A stretch of DNA of 44,819 nucleotides from the NCBI GenBank assembly GCA_937926755.1, contig CALBBA010000012.1:1-44819 (forward strand), given 5' to 3'. Under the pieces are notes generated by a model, which had not been told where the DNA came from, did no database searches, and was given only the letters and a program-made list of their open reading frames with translations. This document shows, one piece after another, positions 40,210 through 44,819 of this stretch (positions are counted from its first letter, which is position 1; every line of letters begins with the position of its first letter). Source of the stretch: an uncultured Collinsella sp. Lineage in GTDB: Bacteria; Actinomycetota; Coriobacteriia; Coriobacteriales; Coriobacteriaceae. The position numbers and the translations under genes are program-made.

Positions 40210-40334
40210 GGGCCCGCCCTGGTGTTACTTTTCAGAACGTCCTCGGACATGTCGGAAGCCCCGCCGCGCGCTACGCGCTGCGGGGCTTCCTCCGTCCTGC
40301 GGGATGTTCTGAAAAGTAACACCAGGGCGGGCCC
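40210..40334 (-). repeat. 125-bp fold-back element, copy 1
   Basis: Perfect 29-bp arms (40210-40238 / 40306-40334), inner 11-bp arms (40254-40264 / 40280-40290), apical GCGC-GTA-GCGC on the minus strand. Confidence 0.9.
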
Positions 40335-40402
40335 TGCGGTAACTCGGCAGGGGGGGGGAGTGCGATTCCTGATCGCTCACTTAATCTAATAAGAAATTGA
40401 GC

Positions 40403-40457
40403 GAGGCCGGAGCTTTTGCTCCGGCCTCCTTATATAAGGGCTCGGCAAAGCCGAGCC
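40403..40457. other. Cluster of short perfect palindromes between the two fold-back elements (possible terminator)
   Basis: GAGGCCGGAGC-TTTT-GCTCCGGCCTC, CCTTATATAAGG and GGCTCGGC-AAA-GCCGAGCC. Confidence 0.7.
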
Positions 40458-40518
40458 ACCAAATTTGCATCAGCCCCCAGAACATGTTTGAGAACTGTGC
40501 CTGAATTACGTATTTGCA

Positions 40519-40643
40519 GGCCCCGAATCGGTGTTGCCTCCCGGCGCATTCCGCAGGGGGAGCGATATTTTGCAGCACGAAGTGCGTAGCAAAATATCGC
40601 TCATGCCCGAGGACGCGCCGGGAGGCAACACCGATTCGGGGCC
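40519..40643 (+). repeat. 125-bp fold-back element, copy 2
   Basis: Perfect 29-bp arms (40519-40547 / 40615-40643), inner 14-bp arms (40560-40573 / 40589-40602), apical GCAC-GAA-GTGC. Confidence 0.9.
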
Positions 40644-40680
40644 GGACATATAGATCTACCAGCGCATTTGCAGATTCGTA

Positions 40681-40730
40681 AACTTTTTTGAAAAAAGTGC
40701 TTGCACAGTTCTCGAATCATAGGTTATTAT
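40681..40730 (+). promoter_or_regulatory. Primary-sigma promoter of tRNA-Leu with an A/T-rich upstream element
   Basis: AACTTTTTTGAAAAAAGT, then TTGCAC (40701-40706), 18 bp, TATTAT (40725-40730). Confidence 0.75.
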
Positions 40731-40786
40731 CTTCCTCGTTGAAAGCGCGGGTTCAACAGAACGAACCGCGATCAACAACATAGCAT

Positions 40787-40876
40787 GTCGGAGTGGCGGA
40801 ATTGGCAGACGCGCTAGCTTGAGGTGCTAGTGACCGCTTTTTGGTCATGCGGGTTCAAGTCCCGCCTCCGACACCA
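40787..40876 (+). tRNA. tRNA-Leu(GAG)
   Basis: Acceptor GTCGGAG/CTCCGAC plus ACCA, anticodon arm CTAGC-TTGAGGT-GCTAG, long variable arm TGACC/GGTCA, T-arm GGTTCAAGTC. Confidence 0.97.
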
Positions 40877-40887
40877 TCGCATTTGAG

Positions 40888-40909
40888 AAGCCTCTTCGGA
40901 GGCTTTTTT
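40888..40909 (+). terminator. Intrinsic terminator after tRNA-Leu
   Basis: AAGCCTC-TTCG-GAGGCTT followed by TTTT (cUUCGg loop). Confidence 0.85.
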
Positions 40910-40935
40910 GTTACCGATAGACGGTGGGGTCCACG

Positions 40936-43281
40936 ATGGAAACGCTTGAACGCAACGAGTGGGCAGACGTTGCCCAACTAGTCGAGATCACGAGCGATGC
41001 TGTCATCATCTGCGAGCTCGACGGAACCATTCTGCATGTGAATAATCGCTTACTTGGTTTGATGTGCGAGGAACGCGCCGACGTCATCGGTGGAGATGTT
41101 AAAGACGTCCTGTACTCGTCCTCTTTTGAACGTGCGACGGAACATCGTCTGCCATTTGAAACTGATGGCTCCGAGAACGAACTGATGCTCAAACTGAGTG
41201 ACGGCTCTTTTATTCCCGTCTTGGTTCGTGCGGGCTCCGTAACGCCTCCACGCATCTTTGGGCGCCGCGCGCCACGTGTCCTGGTGGCGCTTCACAGTAT
41301 TGAGGAACAGTATTCTCACGACCGGCAACTCAAGCGTGCGTTATCGGAGCTTAGAGTGGCGAACAAGCGTCTCTCTGGCACGCTCTCGGTCATTATGAGC
41401 ACTGTGGGCTCCGATGAGTTACCCAGCCTGCTTGATACCGTTTTGAACCAGCTTGTAGGAACGCTCGATGCTTCGGGTGCCGCTATCTATTTTTCTGAGA
41501 GCGGCGGCTTTAAGCTTCGCGGTGTTTCCAAGGAGCTGCTCGACAGCTACCTGCCCGAGTTTTTGCCGTATGGCGCTGGCATTCCGACGTATGTTCTTCG
41601 CGAGTCGCGTGCCTGTCGCTTGTCGATTCAACAGGACCTCGAGGGCGATAGGGCCGCCTCCGGTATGTTCATGGACCTGGACAATCGTTCTAAGCACCTG
41701 TTGCGCGTGCAGGATATGCCTCCGTACCGCAGCGAGATCTGTCTTCCCGTTTTTTACGGTACGCAGATCCTTGGCGTGCTGGAAGTTGGTTGGAAACGCC
41801 CCCAGGCACCGCTCGCCTATGACGTTAATGTGCTCGAGGTTATTTGCGATTACCTGTCTATCCAGCTGGTCGGCATGGCATCGAGCCTTCGCTCTCGTCG
41901 CACGGCCGAGCTTGGCCGCTCGCTCAATGTCTTGCGTGATGAGTTGTTTACCTTTCTAGACGATCCCGCCGCGGCTACCCAGGCGGTATCGTCCGAGATC
42001 TGCAATATGCTCAACTGCCATTTTTGTCCTGTTGAGTATGACGCCAGTCTGGATTCCTACGTCATAGATTTTGAAGGCGGCAGCCGCGTTGCTTTGCCGG
42101 ACGATCCCGAGAAGCTTTTCTTTTCCATGATGGCGCCAGCGGCACGTCTGGGGGCTGGTCCTGATGGCTTTGAGGCATCTGTTTTGGGCGGCACGAGTGC
42201 CGAGGACCTTAAACACGTCCGTATAACGCGCGTTGACGAATCGATGCCTATGGGAGGCTGGCTTAGGGCGCATGGCCTGCCTTGTCAAGGTCTCTACGTC
42301 GACACCGGCATCGAGGCGGGGCGCCCGCGCTCTGAGGGTGATGGCAAGCACAGTAACGACGCGATTGTTCCTGTTTCTGTTGCGAAGAGGCCGACGACGC
42401 GCGCGCTGCTGCTTCGTGATGGTAGCCAAGAGCCGATTGATGACCTTGAATACGACTACTTGGTGCACTTGGCGCATGACTTTGAACTGATCTACGAAGG
42501 CGAATCTCAAAAGCGCGAGGAGCGCCATATCGCTCAGACCCTCCAGATCGGCATGAGAAATTCCCTGGGGGATGTTCCGGGTATCGCAACCGATTCGGTG
42601 TACCTGTCGGCCACGAACTCGGCGTTGGTCGGCGGCGATTTCTATACGCTCATCCGTCTTCCCGACGACTGCGCCGTCATGATTCTGGGTGATGTGTCTG
42701 GCAAGGGCATTGAGGCCGCATCGATGTCCGCGCTCGTCAAGACGGCCCTGACGGCCTATGCCTGGGAGGGCGCTGGACCGGCCCGCATGGCACGCTCCCT
42801 TAACAGCATGCTCATGGGCTTTTCGAGGGTCGAGACGTTTGTGACGGCGTTTATCGCCAAGATCGATCTTAAAGCGGGTCGCGCTACCTATTGCTCTGCG
42901 GGACATCCTCCCACTATGGTCATTAGGCCGTCGTCGACGCCGCTTGGTGGCGGCGAGACCTGCGGGGGAGAAGTGGAGCTCCTTGGGTGCCAATCGGGCG
43001 TGATCGGTGCCTTTGAGAGCATGGTGTACGAGACAGGCGTGTTTACGTTCGCCCCCGGCGACATGCTCTTCATGTATACGGATGGAACGATTGAGGCCCG
43101 CGACCGCACCGGAGCGTTCTTTGGCGAGCAGCGCTTGCGTGATCTTCTGCTTTCTGTTTCGGGGGAGGGCGTGTCGGGCATTTGCGGCAAGGTCTTGGGC
43201 GAGCTTGACCGATTTACCGAATCGGCGCTGGACGATGACATCGCGCTGGTCTCCCTTGAGTTTTTACGAGGTCGATTGTAG
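40936..43281 (+). CDS. PAS-GAF-SpoIIE/PP2C (RsbU-like) serine phosphatase
   Basis: PAS-like DAVIICELDGTILHVN; coiled coil; GAF-like SEICLPVFYGTQILGVLEV; PP2C motifs VGGDFY, LGDVSGKG, SAGHPP, YTDG..EAR, DDDIA. ATG at 40936 (alternative GTG at 40924). Confidence 0.9.
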   Translation: METLERNEWADVAQLVEITSDAVIICELDGTILHVNNRLLGLMCEERADVIGGDVKDVLYSSSFERATEHRLPFETDGSENELMLKLSDGSFIPVLVRAGSVTPPRIFGRRAPRVLVALHSIEEQYSHDRQLKRALSELRVANKRLSGTLSVIMSTVGSDELPSLLDTVLNQLVGTLDASGAAIYFSESGGFKLRGVSKELLDSYLPEFLPYGAGIPTYVLRESRACRLSIQQDLEGDRAASGMFMDLDNRSKHLLRVQDMPPYRSEICLPVFYGTQILGVLEVGWKRPQAPLAYDVNVLEVICDYLSIQLVGMASSLRSRRTAELGRSLNVLRDELFTFLDDPAAATQAVSSEICNMLNCHFCPVEYDASLDSYVIDFEGGSRVALPDDPEKLFFSMMAPAARLGAGPDGFEASVLGGTSAEDLKHVRITRVDESMPMGGWLRAHGLPCQGLYVDTGIEAGRPRSEGDGKHSNDAIVPVSVAKRPTTRALLLRDGSQEPIDDLEYDYLVHLAHDFELIYEGESQKREERHIAQTLQIGMRNSLGDVPGIATDSVYLSATNSALVGGDFYTLIRLPDDCAVMILGDVSGKGIEAASMSALVKTALTAYAWEGAGPARMARSLNSMLMGFSRVETFVTAFIAKIDLKAGRATYCSAGHPPTMVIRPSSTPLGGGETCGGEVELLGCQSGVIGAFESMVYETGVFTFAPGDMLFMYTDGTIEARDRTGAFFGEQRLRDLLLSVSGEGVSGICGKVLGELDRFTESALDDDIALVSLEFLRGRL

Positions 43282-43362
43282 GCCGCGGCATTTGATGGGC
43301 AAAATCTGCGCAGTTGCAGATACGTATGCATCGAGCGAGTTCTTTTGGGGAACCATGGTCGT

Positions 43363-44109
43363 ATGAATGAGTGGAATGACATAGCGGTTTTGACGCCACC
43401 AGGCGATATCGACATCGCCACGGTGCCTGCGCTGCGTCGTCGGTTGGATGCTTTGATTGGCCGCGGCGTGCGTCGTGTCGTCTTCAACTGTCAGGCTGTT
43501 AGCTTTATCGATTCGACGGGCTTGGCATTTCTGCTTACGCACGCTCGTGAGCTCATGAGACGAGAAGGCCTGCTTTCGCTCGTCAATGCATCAGATGAAG
43601 TTGTTCGCTTTTTGAAGATTGCTCGTCTTGTCGATATCCTTCATGTCGCAGGGCCGGCACGGGAGTCTATTCCCGCCATTCCGGTGGGGGAGCTGCCTCG
43701 CTGGAGTAAGAGCGTCGAGGTCCGTCAGGGTATCGAGAATCTTCCATACTACCGACATCGCATCGCCGAACTCCTTGAGTCGCTTCCGTTGCGCCGTGAC
43801 GAGCGCTACGATGTTGCATTGGCGTCGGGGGAGGCGCTGGGTAATGCCTATGACCATGCGGGCGGTATCGGGTGCATCCTGACGGTTCAGGCCTATGGCG
43901 ATCGCGTTGTGGTTGAGGTGCTTGATCGAGGTGCCGGCTATTCTATCGATGAAACGAGCGAGCCGGTCGCATCTGAGGAGCGCGGCCGTGGTATCAAGCT
44001 TATGCGTATGCTCGTCGATAATGTGAAGGTTGGTCGTCGTACGGACGGCGCCGGCACGCGCGTGCAGATGGTGAAGATGTTTAGTGGAGCGCTGGAATCG
44101 CGTGCCTAG
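43363..44109 (+). CDS. Fused STAS (anti-anti-sigma, RsbV-like) and HATPase_c (anti-sigma kinase, RsbW-like) protein
   Basis: N-terminal GDIDIAT..VSFIDSTGL with the phospho-acceptor Ser; C-terminal EALGNAYDHA (N box), VLDRGAG (G1), RGRGIKLM (G2), GTRV. Confidence 0.9.
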   Translation: MNEWNDIAVLTPPGDIDIATVPALRRRLDALIGRGVRRVVFNCQAVSFIDSTGLAFLLTHARELMRREGLLSLVNASDEVVRFLKIARLVDILHVAGPARESIPAIPVGELPRWSKSVEVRQGIENLPYYRHRIAELLESLPLRRDERYDVALASGEALGNAYDHAGGIGCILTVQAYGDRVVVEVLDRGAGYSIDETSEPVASEERGRGIKLMRMLVDNVKVGRRTDGAGTRVQMVKMFSGALESRA

Positions 44110-44153
44110 CCAATCGCTTTAGCACGTTTAGCCACTTAGAACATGCGGCAGAC

Positions 44154-44202
44154 AACTTTTTTGAAAAAAGTACTTGCGTCTTTTGGACAACTCGCGTAAA
44201 TT
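44154..44202 (+). promoter_or_regulatory. Primary-sigma promoter of the first tRNA-Gly
   Basis: AACTTTTTTGAAAAAAGT, then TTGCGT (44174-44179), 17 bp, TAAATT (44197-44202). Confidence 0.75.
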
Positions 44203-44214
44203 AATAACCCGCAA

Positions 44215-44290
44215 GCGGACATGGCTCAGTTGGTAGAGCACAACCTTGCCAAGGTTGGGGTCGCGGGTTCGAGCCCCGTTGTCCGCTCCA
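44215..44290 (+). tRNA. tRNA-Gly(GCC)
   Basis: 76 nt, acceptor GCGGACA/TGTCCGC plus TCCA, anticodon GCC at 44248-44250, T-loop GGTTCGAG. Confidence 0.98.
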
Positions 44291-44478
44291 AGCGCAATAG
44301 CCCGACTACGACAGTAGCCGGGCTTTTTCGTATCCATAGCTTGGGCTCGAACCCGAGAGGGAGCGAGCGTAAAGCAAACGCGGAGCGTTTGTAGCGAGCT
44401 GGCGAGGTCGCCGGCAGGCGGCCGAAGCCGGTGCGGATCCGCGAAGCGGATACGCGGACGCCCCGTTGTCCGCTCCAA
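44273..44478 (+). mobile_element. Putative gene-less mini-element integrated at the tRNA-Gly 3' end
   Basis: 19-bp direct repeat GCCCCGTTGTCCGCTCCAA at 44273-44291 and 44460-44478, with an internal terminator, an inverted T-arm copy and hairpins. Confidence 0.65.
44299..44328 (+). terminator. Terminator after tRNA-Gly (inside the mini-element)
   Basis: AGCCCGACTAC-GACA-GTAGCCGGGCT followed by TTTT. Confidence 0.8.
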
Positions 44479-44485
44479 CTATCTT

Positions 44486-44512
44486 ACGCGGTTCTAACGA
44501 ACCGCGTTTTTT
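44486..44512 (+). terminator. Terminator after the duplicated tRNA 3' end
   Basis: ACGCGGTTC-TAAC-GAACCGCGT followed by TTTTT. Confidence 0.85.
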
Positions 44513-44723
44513 GTTGACGCTGCGCGAGCCCCGGGCATCCCATCTTGCCCCTCAATCGTCGGTCGCGTACATAAAGTACGCTTCCCTCCTCTTTCGCGGC
44601 AACTTGGGGCACCCGGAGCCCGCTCGCTGTCGTGGCCGGAGGCGTGGGCCTTCCGTTCTTTTCACTAATCGATCGATCCGTCCCAGGGGGCCCGAGCTTT
44701 TTTCAATTATTCGAAAATAGTTC

Positions 44724-44752
44724 TTGCATTTGGGTCGATCATCCCGTATATT
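44724..44752 (+). promoter_or_regulatory. Primary-sigma promoter of the second tRNA-Gly
   Basis: TTGCAT (44724-44729), 17 bp, TATATT (44747-44752). Confidence 0.75.
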
Positions 44753-44764
44753 AAATCCTCGCAG

Positions 44765-44819
44765 GCGGACATGGCTCAGTTGGTAGAGCACAACCTTGCC
44801 AAGGTTGGGGTCGCGGGTT
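44765..44819 (+). tRNA. tRNA-Gly(GCC), second copy, cut off by the window end
   Basis: Identical to the first 55 nt of the tRNA at 44215. Confidence 0.93.

Noticed and set aside
16267..40322. Other long antisense ORFs over the ABC, nan and glycolytic genes (for example 19814-22081, 31849-33582, 34229-35896, 37938-40322)
   Set aside because: Same shadow-ORF artefact; the sense genes are clearly identified.
40350..40358. G9 homopolymer as a phase-variation tract
   Set aside because: It is intergenic and not within an identifiable promoter or CDS.
40206..40647. CRISPR array, classical integron attC array or IS ends
   Set aside because: There are no regularly spaced direct repeats, no cas, intI or transposase genes, and no gene cassettes. 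The arms lack the attC RYYYAAC/GTTRRRY end layout. Kept as an unclassified structured element.
40787..44215. Phosphatase/STAS-kinase pair as an island integrated at tRNA-Leu
   Set aside because: No duplicated tRNA-Leu 3' end, no integrase and no obvious compositional break were seen.
44128..44791. Small ORFs overlapping the tRNA-Gly genes, and the 65-aa ORF at 40381-40578
   Set aside because: They overlap tRNAs, terminators or palindromes and have no recognisable motifs or convincing RBS.

Overview
High-GC chromosomal window, by gene content and style most likely from a Coriobacteriia gut actinobacterium such as Collinsella (inference). Left: uvrB; a minus-strand block of two flavoproteins, an Mrp ATPase and an LtaS-family membrane enzyme; then uvrA and ybaK-murJ-uvrC. 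A sialic-acid utilisation cluster (family-5 ABC transporter, two tandem CE7-type esterases, nanA-nanK-nanE) sits between uvrC and rapZ-whiA. It is followed by gap-pgk-tpiA-gpmI, secG, an Opp/Dpp peptide ABC operon, tRNA-Leu(GAG), a PAS-GAF-PP2C phosphatase with a fused STAS-HATPase partner-switching protein, and two tRNA-Gly(GCC) genes. The most unusual signals are non-coding. (1) Two 125-bp fold-back elements (40210-40334 minus, 40519-40643 plus) align without gaps, differ at 12 of 29 outer-arm positions with every change compensated, and keep their linker motifs and a C-GNA-G apical loop. (2) A gene-less 187-bp unit at the tRNA-Gly 3' end has a 19-bp duplication, an inverted copy of the T-arm and GNA-triloop hairpins. 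Both look like folded single-stranded-DNA elements, but no recombinase or transposase is encoded in the window. Also notable: an active/dead CE7 esterase pair in the nan cluster and a structured nan leader. All calls come from reading the sequence; no searches or folding programs were run.
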